Below are positions 8,874 to 19,574 of a stretch of DNA of 64,000 nt, piece after piece. Location: contig CAWETW010000003.1 in NCBI GenBank assembly GCA_963812155.1, forward strand, positions 800,001 through 864,000, read 5' to 3'. Source of the stretch: Vulcanimicrobiota bacterium. GTDB taxonomy: Bacteria; Vulcanimicrobiota; Vulcanimicrobiia; Vulcanimicrobiales; Vulcanimicrobiaceae. The translations under genes were made by a program, and so were the position numbers. Numbering within the stretch: the stretch's first letter is position 1; every line of letters starts with the position of its first letter. The notes beneath the pieces were generated by a model, which saw nothing but the letters and a program-made list of their open reading frames with translations, was not told the DNA's origin and made no database searches.

Positions 8874-10040
8874 ATGGGATCCCGGGCCACCCAAGCCATA
8901 CCGGCCGGCGAACTCGTCGCATACCGGCGCCACCTTCACGCGCATCCGGAACTGTCGATGGAAGAGTTCGAAACAGCCGCTTTCGTCGCGCGCGAACTGA
9001 AAGGGTGCGAGTTTGACGAGGTGCGCACCGGTATCGGAAAGACGGGTATACTGGCGACGCTCCGCGGCGGCAAACCGGGGCCGGTGACGCTGCTGCGCGC
9101 CGACATGGACGCGTTACCCGTCCGGGAGGAGAGCGACGAAGCGTATCGCTCGACGCGCGACGGCGTGATGCACGCCTGCGGTCACGACGGGCACGTGGCG
9201 ATTCTGCTGGCGGCGGCTCGGCATTTGAGCCGGCGCCGCGCCGACGTCCCCGGAACGCTCGTCTTCTGCTTCCAACCGGGCGAGGAAGGCGCGGCCGGAA
9301 ACCGGCTCATGATCGAGGACGGCGCATTGGAGAACCCGCACGTGGACCGCACGTTCGCGCTTCATTTGTATAGCGGACTCGAGGTCGGCCGCATCGGCAT
9401 TCGCGACGGTCCGTTCTTTGCGTCCTCGGATCGCTTCACGATCGCGCTCACCGGGCGCGGCGGACACGGCGCGATGCCGCAAACGGCAATCGATCCGATC
9501 GTCGGCGCGGCGCAACTGGTAACCATGCTGCAAACGCTGGCGAGCCGCGAATTCGCGCCGAAGGATCCGGTCGTCGTCACCGTCGGTTCGCTGCACGCCG
9601 GAACGACCTTCAACGTCATTCCGGATCGTGCCGAACTGCACGGCACCGTGCGTACGCTCGACGACGAGGTGCGCCGCTCGATGCCCGAGCGCATCGAACG
9701 CCAGCTACGCGGGCTTTGCGAGGCGATGCGTCTGCAGTACGCGCTGGAGTATGCGTGGGGCTATCCGCCGACCGTGAACGACCCGCGCGCGAACGACGTG
9801 GTCCGCGCCGTCGCGCCGTCGGTCGTGGGCAGCGCCAACGTCGTCGACCCGCACGACATCGCGATGTGGGCGGAAGACATGGCTTACATGCAGGAGGAAC
9901 GGCCGGGAGCGTACTTCGTCGTGGGCGTGCGCGGGCCGCATAAGGGCGTCGAGCCGCAGCATAGCGCGCGCTACGACATCGACGAGCGCGCACTGGAAGT
10001 CGGGTTTTCGATGATGACGGGAATTGCGCTGCATGGGTGA
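8874..10040 (+). CDS. M20D family amidohydrolase
   Basis: Motifs RRHLHAHPELS, LRADMDALP, MHACGHDGH, FQPGEEG, GGHGA.P. Confidence 0.92.
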   Translation: MGSRATQAIPAGELVAYRRHLHAHPELSMEEFETAAFVARELKGCEFDEVRTGIGKTGILATLRGGKPGPVTLLRADMDALPVREESDEAYRSTRDGVMHACGHDGHVAILLAAARHLSRRRADVPGTLVFCFQPGEEGAAGNRLMIEDGALENPHVDRTFALHLYSGLEVGRIGIRDGPFFASSDRFTIALTGRGGHGAMPQTAIDPIVGAAQLVTMLQTLASREFAPKDPVVVTVGSLHAGTTFNVIPDRAELHGTVRTLDDEVRRSMPERIERQLRGLCEAMRLQYALEYAWGYPPTVNDPRANDVVRAVAPSVVGSANVVDPHDIAMWAEDMAYMQEERPGAYFVVGVRGPHKGVEPQHSARYDIDERALEVGFSMMTGIALHG

Positions 10041-11262
10041 GCGCAGGTACGTCATCGTCGGCAATGGGTTTGCCGGCACCACGGCGGCGGAACAGTTGCG
10101 CAAGCACGACCCGGCGTGCGAGATCGTGCTCTTCGGCGACGAGCCGTACACGCTGTACAATCGAATTTCGCTTCCGCCGATGCTGCGCAAGCAAATTCCG
10201 GAAGCCAAGGTGATGATCCGCAACCAGGCATGGCACGACGAACACCGCATCGATCTCCGGTTGCGCACGCGCGTCGAACGAATCGTCCCGCAGGAGCGGA
10301 TCGTCGAGGCCGGCGGCAAAACTGTTCCGTTCGACGCGTTGCTGCTGGCGACGGGCGGCCGCCCGAACCCCACCGGTAAACCGGGATCGGAAGGCGCGCA
10401 CAATCTCTATCCCTTCCAATATCTCGACGACACGCGCGCGATATCCGAGCAGATCGACCGCAGCCGCGCGGCCGTCGCCGTCGGGGGTTCGTTCATTGCC
10501 TACGAACTTGCCGAAGCGTTCTCTTCTCGTGGAATCGAAACGCACTGGCTCGTGCGTGGACCGCGCGCGCTGCATCGCGTGATCGACGAGATCGCCGGCG
10601 AGCTGCTGCACGATGCGGCGACGGCCGACGGAGTGCAAATGCACTACGGCCAGGAAGTCGGCGAGTTCGTCCGTTCCAATGGCGAAATCACGAAAGTCCG
10701 CACGACCGGCGGACTTGAAATCGACGCCCAGTGCTACGCCTACGGTTTCGGGCTCACGATGAACACCGAGCTGTGTGCGGGGTCCGGAATCGAAACGAGC
10801 AGGAACGGCATTCTCTGCGACGACCGCCTCGAAACGAATATCTCCGGCATCTTCGCGGCCGGCGACGTGGCCGATTTCTACGATCCGATCCTCGAAATGC
10901 GCTACCGCATGGGAACCTGGAACAACGCGGGAGCGCACGGTAAGGTTGCGGCCATCAACATGATCGGCGGCAGCGAACGCTATCACGACGTGCCGGAGTA
11001 TTCGTCGCTGTTGTTCAAAGGGCAAACGATCACGCAATTCGGCATGGGTCCGGAACTGCGTTCCGATCTCGAGATGGTGCGTAAGGTCGATCGCGAGAAA
11101 AAGTGGTATCGCGCGCTGTTCTTTTGGGAAGATCGTCTCGTCGGCGGTCTGATGCTCGGAAAAGGCAACCGTGCGGGAAAGCGCAAGTACGTCGAGGCGA
11201 TCAAGAGCAAGCATCGCTTTCCGAAACCCGAGTGGACGCCGATGCTCGACTGGACCGCCTAG
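10033..11262 (+). CDS. NAD(P)/FAD-dependent oxidoreductase (ferredoxin/rubredoxin reductase-like)
   Basis: Motifs VIVGNGFAG, LLATGG, VGGSFI, FAAGDVA; no redox-active CxxxxC. Confidence 0.85.
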   Translation: MGERRYVIVGNGFAGTTAAEQLRKHDPACEIVLFGDEPYTLYNRISLPPMLRKQIPEAKVMIRNQAWHDEHRIDLRLRTRVERIVPQERIVEAGGKTVPFDALLLATGGRPNPTGKPGSEGAHNLYPFQYLDDTRAISEQIDRSRAAVAVGGSFIAYELAEAFSSRGIETHWLVRGPRALHRVIDEIAGELLHDAATADGVQMHYGQEVGEFVRSNGEITKVRTTGGLEIDAQCYAYGFGLTMNTELCAGSGIETSRNGILCDDRLETNISGIFAAGDVADFYDPILEMRYRMGTWNNAGAHGKVAAINMIGGSERYHDVPEYSSLLFKGQTITQFGMGPELRSDLEMVRKVDREKKWYRALFFWEDRLVGGLMLGKGNRAGKRKYVEAIKSKHRFPKPEWTPMLDWTA

Positions 11263-11334
11263 CCGCATGGAGAGGCGCGCGAACGTGCGGTGCTGAAGGG
11301 AAGGCTTCCGAACTCTTCGAGAATGGAGTAATAT

Positions 11335-11850
11335 ATGCGCCTGAAGATTGGGGCGGCGTTCGCTTGCGCGGCAATCGCGGCGACGGGCATCGGCCGGGCG
11401 GCCGACGTCGACGACGCGACGCAGAAGGCACTCAACGCCAATTATGCACTGCGCTGCACCGCGGCGTTCGATCCGAGCGACGCGAACTTGGATGCGGCCT
11501 TTGCGGTTCTGGCTCCCGACTTCGTCGCAATCGACCCTTCGGGCAAGCAAGTCACGCGCGACCAGGTCGTCGGTCAGGGCAAACAGCAGATGAAGATGCT
11601 GCACGCAACGGCGTGCGACGACAAAGTTGAGTCGTACACGCTTTCCGACCCGAACACCATCGTCGCCGTGGCCGATTTCCATCTCGAAGGCGACATTCAG
11701 GCGCCCGACGGAAAGCACGAGCTCGTGGTAACCGAGAAGTCGCAAGACACGTGGAAGAACGTCGGCGGCAAGTGGCTCGCGGCGAACAGCAAAGACCTGC
11801 AAGTGCAGGTGAAGGTCGACGGCAACGTCGTCCAAGACCAGGGAGGATAA
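11335..11850 (+). CDS. Secreted NTF2-like (DUF4440-type) protein
   Basis: Signal peptide; LAPDFV.IDPSG....R and DTW....GKW pattern typical of the NTF2 fold. Confidence 0.6.
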   Translation: MRLKIGAAFACAAIAATGIGRAADVDDATQKALNANYALRCTAAFDPSDANLDAAFAVLAPDFVAIDPSGKQVTRDQVVGQGKQQMKMLHATACDDKVESYTLSDPNTIVAVADFHLEGDIQAPDGKHELVVTEKSQDTWKNVGGKWLAANSKDLQVQVKVDGNVVQDQGG

Positions 11851-11857
11851 CCATCCG

Positions 11858-14800
11858 GTGAGCGGCGGCCGTCGCGTCGCAACGATCTGCGCGGCGCTGG
11901 CGGCCATGCTGGCGCCGCTCGTTTGCGCGGCCGACGAACGGCCGATCGCCCAGATGCGCTGGCGAATTCTGGGACCCGCGCTTCCGGAGGGCCGCGCGAC
12001 GGCCGTAACCGGAAGCAACGCAGACCCGCTGCTGTATTACGCCGGAACCGCGGGCGGCGGCATTTGGAAGACCACCGACGGCGGCGCGTCGTGGCAGAAC
12101 GTCTCCGACGCGATCGGTTTGGCGTCGGTGGGTGCGATTGCAATCGAAACCGGCAACGACCGTTCGGTGTGGGCCGGCGGCGGCGAGACGAATCCGCGCA
12201 ACGACGTCATTCCCGAAGGCGGCCTCTATCATTCGATCGACGGCGGCCGCCGGTGGACGCGCCTCAACTTTTCCGGCAGCGGCGGCATCTCGCGCATTCT
12301 CGTCGATCCGAAAGATCCCAAGCACGTGCTGGTCGGCGTGTTGGGCGATGTTTTCGGCCCGAGTGCAAACCGCGGCGTCTACGTCACCTTCGACGGCGGC
12401 GCGACGTTCGCGAAGACGCTCTACCGTTCGGAGCAGTCGGGTGTGAGCGACATGGCGCTCGATCCGCGCGATCCCAACGTCGTCTTCGCCGGAATGTGGC
12501 ACGTCCTGCGAAGGCCGTGGCAACTTTTGAGCGGCGGCACGGATGACGACGGCCTCTTTCGATCGGCCGACGGCGGAAGAACCTGGCAGCAAGTTACCGG
12601 AAACGGGTTTCCCGCGCCGCCGATCGGACGCATCGGCGTGGCATTTGCACCATCGCTTCCGAGCCGGGTGTACGCGCTCGTTGAATCGCGCGACGGCGTG
12701 CTCTGGCGGTCCGACGACGGCGGCGCGCATTGGGCGCTCGCCAGCAAGGACACGCTGGCGAATCAGCGGCCGTTTTATTTCTCACACGTCGGCGTGTCGC
12801 CGACCGATCCGAACAACGTCTACGGTGTGAGCATGCTCCTGGCGACGTCGTACGACGGCGGTTCGAAATTCAATCTGTCGGCGTTCGGCGTCCACTCCGA
12901 TTTGCACGAACTCTGGATTTCGTCGAACGGCGAGCGGATGGCGCTGGCCGGCGACGGCGGCATCGCCGTCTCGACCAACCGCGGCGCCACCTGGGCCAAC
13001 TCGCGCAACGTCCCGGTCGGGCAAATCTATCGCGTCGGCCTCTCCAACGACATCCCGTATCTCGTCTGCGGAGGCCTGCAGGACAACAACGCGTACTGCG
13101 GCCCCGCCTTTAGCGGAAGCAGTGACGGCATCACCAACCGTGACTGGTTCAAAGTCGTCGAAGGCGACGGCGAGTGGGCCGTGCCCGATCCCACGAACCC
13201 GCGCCTGATTTGGGCGGATTCGGAAAACGGCGAAGTCGTCATCTACGATCGCGTTTCGCACGACACGGTCAACGTTCGCCCGTATCGCGGAACCGCGCGA
13301 GAAGATTTCGTGCTGGCGACGTCGCGTTACCGCTTCAACTGGGAGTCGCCGATCGCTTTTGCCGCCTACGATCCGCACCTCGCCTTCATCGGCGCCAATG
13401 TGGTTTTTGCGACGCGCGACCGCGGCCGGCACTGGACCGCGATCAGTCCCGACCTCACCCGCGACGACAAGACGAAGCAGCAAGTTTCGAAGAATACGGT
13501 GACGCAAGACGAATCGGGCGCAGAGAATTACGCGACGCTGCTCGACATCGCGACGTCGCCCAAGCGCAACGGTGAGATTTGGACGGGCTCCGACGACGGA
13601 CTCGTCTATCTTACGCTCGACGGCGGCAAGCACTGGCGCAACGTCACGCCGGCGGCGCTGCCGCCGGACAGTGCCGTCGAAAGCGTTTCTCCGTCGACGT
13701 TGGTTGACGGTATGGCGTACCTTTCGGCGGACCGGCACGGTGCCGGCGATTCGGCAGCGTACATCTTCCTGACGCGCGATTACGGTGCGCACTGGCAACG
13801 TGTCACCGGCGGCATCCCGGCCGGAGAGTACGCGAGGGCGGTTCGCGCCGACATCCGGAATCCGCGCATGGCCTACGCCGGAACCAATCGCGGTATCTAC
13901 GTGACGTGCGATTCGGGCGCAACGTGGCAATCTTTTTCGAACAACTTGCCTGCCGTCGAAGTGCGCGACATTCGGTTGCAGCCGCACTTCGACGATCTGG
14001 TCATTGCGACGCACGGGCGGTCCATTTGGGTGATGGACGACGTGCGCGTCGCGCAGACGGCAGGCTGCGGCAAGCCGTCGGCCGATCTCGTGATCGGGCC
14101 GCGGCCGGCGATCGCGCTGAACCTGTTTCGCGACGATGAGGGGAACTACACCGATTTCGTTGCGAGCCAGCCGGGCGGCGGACTTCTCAGCGGCGGCGGG
14201 CCGGTTGCAAAGGTGTACTATTGGCTGCCCCAACGCGCGCCGCATCGTCCGTCGATCGACGTCTACGACGCGCGCGGCGATCGCGTCCGCCACATCGAAG
14301 GAGAGCACGACGTCTTTACGGGCAACGAGTCGACGTCGTATTGGCTGAGCAACGCCGAGGGAAAGAACGAGTTCCTCTACGACTTCACGATCGACGGGCC
14401 CGCCCGGTACGAAAGCGCGCCGTTTTTCTTCCGGGGTCCCGATACGGGTCCGCAGCTTCCGCCCGGCCGGTACGCACTGGCGTTCCACCTTGCCGGCAAG
14501 ACGTACCGTTTCCCGATCGACCTCGTTGCCGATCCGGCGTCGTCGACGACGCCAGCGCGAGTACGAGCTGCAGTTCGCTCAGCAAAAGCGCGTCTACGGA
14601 CTGCTGGGGCGCATCGACGTAACGCTGAATGCGCTTGCGACCGCCAAGAAGCAGCTGTCCGACGAGAAAGCGTCGCTCAAGAGCGCCGGCGCGGCGGCCG
14701 GCCCGAAGGTGCAGGCCATGATCGACGACACCGTCGCCCTGATCGACTCGCTCACGTCGTCACCGCAGAACTTCGAAGATTCGATTCAAAAGCAAGGCGA

Positions 14801-14996
14801 GTTGCGTGAAGACGTGATGCAACTGATGGGCTCCGAACCGCTCGCACAAGCCAGCCTGCAACTCTACGGGCGCCTCGAGCGCACCTACGCGCAACGAACG
14901 ATCGCGTACGATGCCTGGCTCGGCAAGCTTCCGGGCTGGAACGCCGACTTGAAAGCCGCGGGCCTCAAGCCGCTTGCCGTTCCGTCCTCTCGCTAG
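11858..14996 (+). CDS. Secreted BNR/Asp-box repeat (VPS10/sortilin-like) beta-propeller protein; one frameshift near 14555
   Basis: Many S.DGG.TW repeats. The C-terminal helical domain (EYELQFAQQKR...LKPLAVPSSR) continues in the 14490..14996 frame. Confidence 0.85.
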
Positions 14997-16024
14997 GCAA
15001 TCGCAATACAGCGTTCGAGGGCATCGGCGAAGCGATCCACGTCGGCGGGCGCGGTCGCCCAGTGCGTCATCCAACGCACCTCGGGCAAACGCGGATCGAA
15101 GACGTAGAAGAAGAACTCACGCTGCAGGCGCTCGATCGCATCTTCCGCCAGCGTTGCAAAGATGGCGTTGCAGCGAACGGGACGTGTAATCCGCACGCCC
15201 TCGATGCGTCGCACCCGATCGGCGAGGCGCGCCGCCATCGCGTTGGCGTGCGATGCGTAACGCAGCCAAAGATCGCCGGTCAATAGCCGTTCGAACTGCG
15301 CGCCGAGATAGCGCACCTTGGACGCGAGCTGCATCGCCTGCTTCACGACGTAGGGTGCGGCGCCGCCGGGCGATTGCGTGAAGAAACAGATGGCCTCTCC
15401 CAGCATCAAGCCGTTCTTCGTGCCGCCGAAACTCAAGACGTCGACGCCGGCGTCGGCCGTCAGCGCGCGCAGCGAGACGCCGAGCGCGGCCGCCGCGTTG
15501 GCGATGCGCGCACCGTCGACGTGGACGATCAGGCCGCGCTCGTGTGCGAAAGCGCAGAGCTCGGCAATTTCGCGCACCTCGTAGAGGTCGCCGTACTCGG
15601 TTGCTTGCGAAATCGAAATGGCTTTGGGCTGCGGGAAGTGCACGCCGTGACCGGCGAGCAAATACGGTTCGACGTCGGCCGGGCGGAGTTTGCCGTCGGG
15701 CGTGGCGATCGGAACCACTTTCGATCCGCTGAAGCGCTCGAGCGCGCCGCATTCGTCGGTCTGCAGATGTGCGGAGGCCGGACAAAGCACCGATTCCCAC
15801 GGACGCAGCAGCGACGAAAGCGCCGCCACGTTGGCGCCGGTGCCGTTGAACGTCACGTGCACGTCCACGCCGTCGCCGAAGATCTCGCGGAAGCGCGCTT
15901 TCGCCCGTTCCGTCCACTCGTCGTCGCCGTAGCCGACCGCGTCGCCTTCGTTCGCCGCAACGATCGCCTGCAGGATCTCCGGCGCGATCGGTGCGTTGTT
16001 GTCGCTGGCGAAGCTGCGCTGCAT
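14993..16024 (-). CDS. ltaE: Low-specificity L-threonine aldolase
   Basis: Motifs FASDN, YGDD, FNGTGAN, ECGA.E, HVDGAR.ANA, SFGGTKNG; ATG 16024. Confidence 0.88.
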   Translation of the reverse strand: MQRSFASDNNAPIAPEILQAIVAANEGDAVGYGDDEWTERAKARFREIFGDGVDVHVTFNGTGANVAALSSLLRPWESVLCPASAHLQTDECGALERFSGSKVVPIATPDGKLRPADVEPYLLAGHGVHFPQPKAISISQATEYGDLYEVREIAELCAFAHERGLIVHVDGARIANAAAALGVSLRALTADAGVDVLSFGGTKNGLMLGEAICFFTQSPGGAAPYVVKQAMQLASKVRYLGAQFERLLTGDLWLRYASHANAMAARLADRVRRIEGVRITRPVRCNAIFATLAEDAIERLQREFFFYVFDPRLPEVRWMTHWATAPADVDRFADALERCIAIA

Positions 16025-16035
16025 TCGGACGCTCC

Positions 16036-17409
16036 CTAAACGTCCACGGTGACGCCGCGACGCGCGACCTGCGCGGGCCATCCGAAGGCCGAAGATGCGA
16101 GCGTCGCAACCGCCGTTGCCGACTCGACTTCACCGTGCACCGCGTAGAGCTGCGGACGCGACGAACACGTGCCGAACCAGCGCTTGAGGTCGTTTTGATC
16201 GGCGTGCGCGGAGAAACCCGAAAGGTGGACGATCTTTGCGCGGACCGGAAGCGTGTCGCCGAAGATGCGCACGCTGTGCGCGTCGTGCGTCAGCAGAAAT
16301 CCGAGCGTTCCGGCACCTTGATATCCGGGGAAGACGATCGTCGCGGACGGATCCGCGAGGTGGTTGTGCAGGTGATGCAGGATGCGTCCGCCCGAGGCCA
16401 TCCCGGAAGCGGAAATGATGACGCCGGGTCCTTCGAGCGCGTTGAGCGCTTTCGATTCTTCGGTCGTTACGTGCACGGTAAAGTTGCGTACGCCGAACGG
16501 CGTGCCCGCGGAGTCGCGCGGGATTGGTTTGTGCGCGCTCGGATATGCTTCGAAGAGTGCGTCGACCTTGGCCGCCATCGGACTGTCGAGATGGACGGGG
16601 AGGGCTGCAATTCGGTCGTCGTCCGCCTGCAGTTGCGCGATCGCGAGCAAAAGATCTTGCGAGCGTTCGACGGCAAAGGCGGGGATGACGATCGGACCTC
16701 CGCGTTCGATTGCGGCCAGCAGCGCGGCATGCAGCGCCTCGAGCGGCTCGGGCGGATGGATGCGGTCGCCGTAGGTCGATTCGCTCACCAAAACGTCGGC
16801 AGCTCCGATCGCTTCGGGATCGTAGAGCATCGGCCGGTCGTACCTCCCGAGATCGCCGGAGAAGACGATGCGCCGTCCGCCGAACTCCAGCGCGACGAAG
16901 GCCGATCCGATGATGTGCCCGGCGTTGTGGTAGGTCGCGCGAGCGACGCCGGCGACATCGAAGGCCGTTCCCAGCGGCACGGCGCGAACGAGACGCATTG
17001 CCGCGGCGACGTCGGATTCGTCGTAGTACGGCGGCGGCGCGTGTGGACGCTCGTGGTGGAAGCCGCGGCGATGGAGCTCGCGCTGCAGGCCGGCCGCGTC
17101 GTCGAGTACGATGCGCATCAAAGCTTTCGTCGGCGGCGTCGAGTACACCGGACCGTTGAAGCCGTCGTGCACGAGCTTGGGGAGGTATCCGACGTGATCG
17201 AGATGTCCGTGGGTGATGACGACCGCATCGATCTCGGCTGCCGGAACCGGCAGCGGCACGTCGTTGAGCGCGCGCACGTCGACGACGCCTTGAAACAGGC
17301 CGCAATCGACGAAGATACGGCGTCCGCCGAGGGTCAAGAGGTGTTTGCTGCCGGTGACCGTGCCGGCGGCGCCGACGAAGGTCAGCTCGGCATTGCGCGA
17401 CGCGATCAC
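16036..17409 (-). CDS. MBL-fold metallo-hydrolase with beta-CASP/RNA-specificity domain
   Basis: Motifs GAAGTVTGSKH, DCGLFQG, THGHLDH, AGHIIGS, ESTYG, FSAHAD, VHGE. Confidence 0.92.
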   Translation of the reverse strand: MIASRNAELTFVGAAGTVTGSKHLLTLGGRRIFVDCGLFQGVVDVRALNDVPLPVPAAEIDAVVITHGHLDHVGYLPKLVHDGFNGPVYSTPPTKALMRIVLDDAAGLQRELHRRGFHHERPHAPPPYYDESDVAAAMRLVRAVPLGTAFDVAGVARATYHNAGHIIGSAFVALEFGGRRIVFSGDLGRYDRPMLYDPEAIGAADVLVSESTYGDRIHPPEPLEALHAALLAAIERGGPIVIPAFAVERSQDLLLAIAQLQADDDRIAALPVHLDSPMAAKVDALFEAYPSAHKPIPRDSAGTPFGVRNFTVHVTTEESKALNALEGPGVIISASGMASGGRILHHLHNHLADPSATIVFPGYQGAGTLGFLLTHDAHSVRIFGDTLPVRAKIVHLSGFSAHADQNDLKRWFGTCSSRPQLYAVHGEVESATAVATLASSAFGWPAQVARRGVTVDV

Positions 17410-18023
17410 GAGCGCGTCTCCTGCGTGACGGCCGGCCGGCGCAACTCGTAGCCGGCGTGGCGATTGAAGGCGATTGCACTGGGTATGGCGCCGTCGACGT
17501 AGACGTCGAAGCAGCGATCGACGAGGTCTTCGGGTCGGTCGCCGGTGATGAGAATCGAGCCGGTGTCTTTCTTGACGAGCTTCGCGATCGGAACGAACTG
17601 ATCGCTAATGCCGCCGGAGTGCGTGAGCACGCCGATCAGTTTCCCTTCATCGTACGCGATGCAGAACTCGCCGAGCGTACCGCTGCGTCCGCCGACGAAA
17701 ACGACGAAATCGGAACTGTGAATGTTGTGCGTTTCGCGACCCATCAAGCCCGATCCGGTGAAGACCATCGTGGTGTAGGGCTGGAGCGGCGACCCGTACA
17801 CGTTGACGTGCTCTTCGCGCGAAAGCGCCGGCGAGATGCCGAGGCTGGGGCCGCCGGCCTCCGTCGCACCGAGAACCGCTGCGTGCGGCAGGCCCGGGCA
17901 CGCGCCCGTGACGATGGTGCAGCCGCGCTCGGCGATCCGCCGGCCGACGCGGCGAGCGAGCGCGAGTTCCGGTTCGGTAATTCTGCCGCCCGCCGAGCCC
18001 ATGACGCCGATTTGGACCTTCAT
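17406..18023 (-). CDS. LOG-family (SLOG Rossmann-fold) nucleotide-binding protein
   Basis: Motifs IGVMGS, VTGAC.G, GGRSGTLGE. Confidence 0.8.
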   Translation of the reverse strand: MKVQIGVMGSAGGRITEPELALARRVGRRIAERGCTIVTGACPGLPHAAVLGATEAGGPSLGISPALSREEHVNVYGSPLQPYTTMVFTGSGLMGRETHNIHSSDFVVFVGGRSGTLGEFCIAYDEGKLIGVLTHSGGISDQFVPIAKLVKKDTGSILITGDRPEDLVDRCFDVYVDGAIPSAIAFNRHAGYELRRPAVTQETRS

Positions 18024-18046
18024 GCGCCGAACGATGCGTTACCACG

Positions 18047-18814
18047 ATGAACGGCACCTACCGCGAACTGGAAGAACGATGGAAGGGTCTACGCGGTCGC
18101 ACGGGAGTGCGCGTGCGCGAAGTTGCCTGCGTCGGTGCGCCGCGTACGCTCCTCTGCGCCGAGCTGGGCGATTACGACAAACACGCGGTCACCATTGCTG
18201 CGGGAGTGCATGGTGACGAACCCGCCGGGCCGTGGGCGCTGCTGGAAATCGTCGAGTCGCAACGTCTGGACCCGGCGTTTGCATACCGGCTGTGGCCGTG
18301 CACGAATCCTACGGGGTTCGATGCCGGGACGCGCGAGAGCGCCGGCGGCGCCGACGTCAACCGTACGTTCGGCCGCGGCGGTCAATCGCCCGAAGCGCGT
18401 GCGATCGTCACCGCGAATCGCGATCGCAAGTTCGTGCTTTCGCTCGATCTGCACGAAGACGAGGATGCCGAGGGATTCTATTGCTACGAGTACGGCGGGG
18501 GCGACGTCGGGCTTGCGGCGATTGCGGCACTCGACGCTGCAGGCCTTCCAGTTGACCCGCTCGAGGCTACGTTCGAAACCGCGGGTCCGCTCGACGATAC
18601 GTATTGCACGCGCGAGCGCGGCCGCATCATCGCCGATCACAGAACCGAAGCCGCCATGCTGGGCGGCCTGTCGTTTTCGCTTGCGATGGTGCGTAACGCC
18701 GCGCGCCACGCGCTCACGTTCGAAACGCCGGCGCGCGCATCGTGGGATACGCGAATCGCGATGCACGCAGTCGCGATCCGGGCAGCCGTTGCGACGTTCC
18801 ACGGCCGCTTGTAG
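18047..18814 (+). CDS. M14-family zinc carboxypeptidase / succinylglutamate desuccinylase-like
   Basis: Motifs AGVHGDEPAG (HxxE), NPTG, DVNR.F, DLHED, TFETP. Confidence 0.82.
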   Translation: MNGTYRELEERWKGLRGRTGVRVREVACVGAPRTLLCAELGDYDKHAVTIAAGVHGDEPAGPWALLEIVESQRLDPAFAYRLWPCTNPTGFDAGTRESAGGADVNRTFGRGGQSPEARAIVTANRDRKFVLSLDLHEDEDAEGFYCYEYGGGDVGLAAIAALDAAGLPVDPLEATFETAGPLDDTYCTRERGRIIADHRTEAAMLGGLSFSLAMVRNAARHALTFETPARASWDTRIAMHAVAIRAAVATFHGRL

Positions 18815-18817
18815 TGG

Positions 18818-19282
18818 CTATGGCCCGCCGTCTTCGAGCAGGGTTTCGATGTCGCGCAAATCGTGAGGCCTACCGCTTGCGGTCTTGTTTGCGACGTAGT
18901 CGTCGCGCGAGATGATGTTCACGGCGACGCCTGCGTATTCGGCGTGTACTCTGCGCGACCAGGCACCGCCGAATGCGACGCCCGATATTCCCGCGAGGAT
19001 GTCGATTCTCAATGGCTCGACGCCGATTTGAAAAACCGTGTCTTCATCGCCGAAGTCTTCGACGCTGACGTTTCCGAGCGGTGCGCCGAACGTCGCTAAA
19101 GCCCGGAAGACGCGCGCCGGATTGTCACCGGCCGGATCCACCCAAATGTCGAGATCCTTCGTGTAGCGTGGCCGGCCGAAATATGCCAATGCGAACGCGC
19201 CGACGATGAGGTATCTAACGCGCTCTTCGTTGAAGAGCGACAACAGTTCTTTGAAGTCGCCGCTGGTCCTCAGGGATTCCAT
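18818..19282 (-). CDS. Nucleotidyltransferase-fold protein (DUF6036-like)
   Basis: DFKELL..F....VRYLIVGAFALA..G.PRYTKDLD and NK.ASGR..DL.D; ATG 19282. Confidence 0.78.
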   Translation of the reverse strand: MESLRTSGDFKELLSLFNEERVRYLIVGAFALAYFGRPRYTKDLDIWVDPAGDNPARVFRALATFGAPLGNVSVEDFGDEDTVFQIGVEPLRIDILAGISGVAFGGAWSRRVHAEYAGVAVNIISRDDYVANKTASGRPHDLRDIETLLEDGGP

Positions 19283-19430
19283 GCGCGTCCATCCAAACGA
19301 GAGTGAGCTCCCACAGCATCGCAAATTTTTGGGCCGACGTCATTTCGCGCCACCCTTCGCGATCGGCTCGATCGGCATCGCCGCGTGATACCTTCCGCAA
19401 CGTTATCTTACGATCCGTATTGCCGCTCAT
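19215..19430 (-). CDS. Small hypothetical protein, putative partner of the downstream nucleotidyltransferase
   Basis: 71 aa, D...W..MT..QKF.....L pattern; overlaps the NTase start by 68 nt. Confidence 0.6.
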   Translation of the reverse strand: MSGNTDRKITLRKVSRGDADRADREGWREMTSAQKFAMLWELTLVWMDAHGIPEDQRRLQRTVVALQRRAR

Positions 19431-19501
19431 TTTCTGCCACGTCGCTCATAAGCGTATTTCAGCGCGTACCGGCATTCTCCGCTATTACAGAAGACACGGC
19501 A

Positions 19502-19518
19502 CTCCGCTCGGGATGACA
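19502..19518. repeat. Partial copy of the palindromic element (one end)
   Basis: ctccgctcgggatgaca vs ctccgctcaggatgaca at 4314-4330 (16/17 identical). Confidence 0.55.
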
Positions 19519-19574
19519 CGAGAGCCGCGCTTGTAGAATGACAGGGATTGCGTCGCGAAGAATGAGGGGCGACG

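Noticed and set aside
10033..11262. Possible E3 (dihydrolipoamide dehydrogenase) for the adjacent 2-oxoacid dehydrogenase cluster
   Set aside because: It lacks the CxxxxC disulfide and HPT motifs and is reductase-like, so E3 must be encoded elsewhere.
9616..12018. Very long antisense or alternate-frame ORFs (e.g. 9616-12018, 33438-35567, 532-2007, 12782-14488, 58619-60313)
   Set aside because: These are shadow ORFs typical of high-GC DNA opposite well-supported genes; they are Arg/Ala-rich with no motifs.
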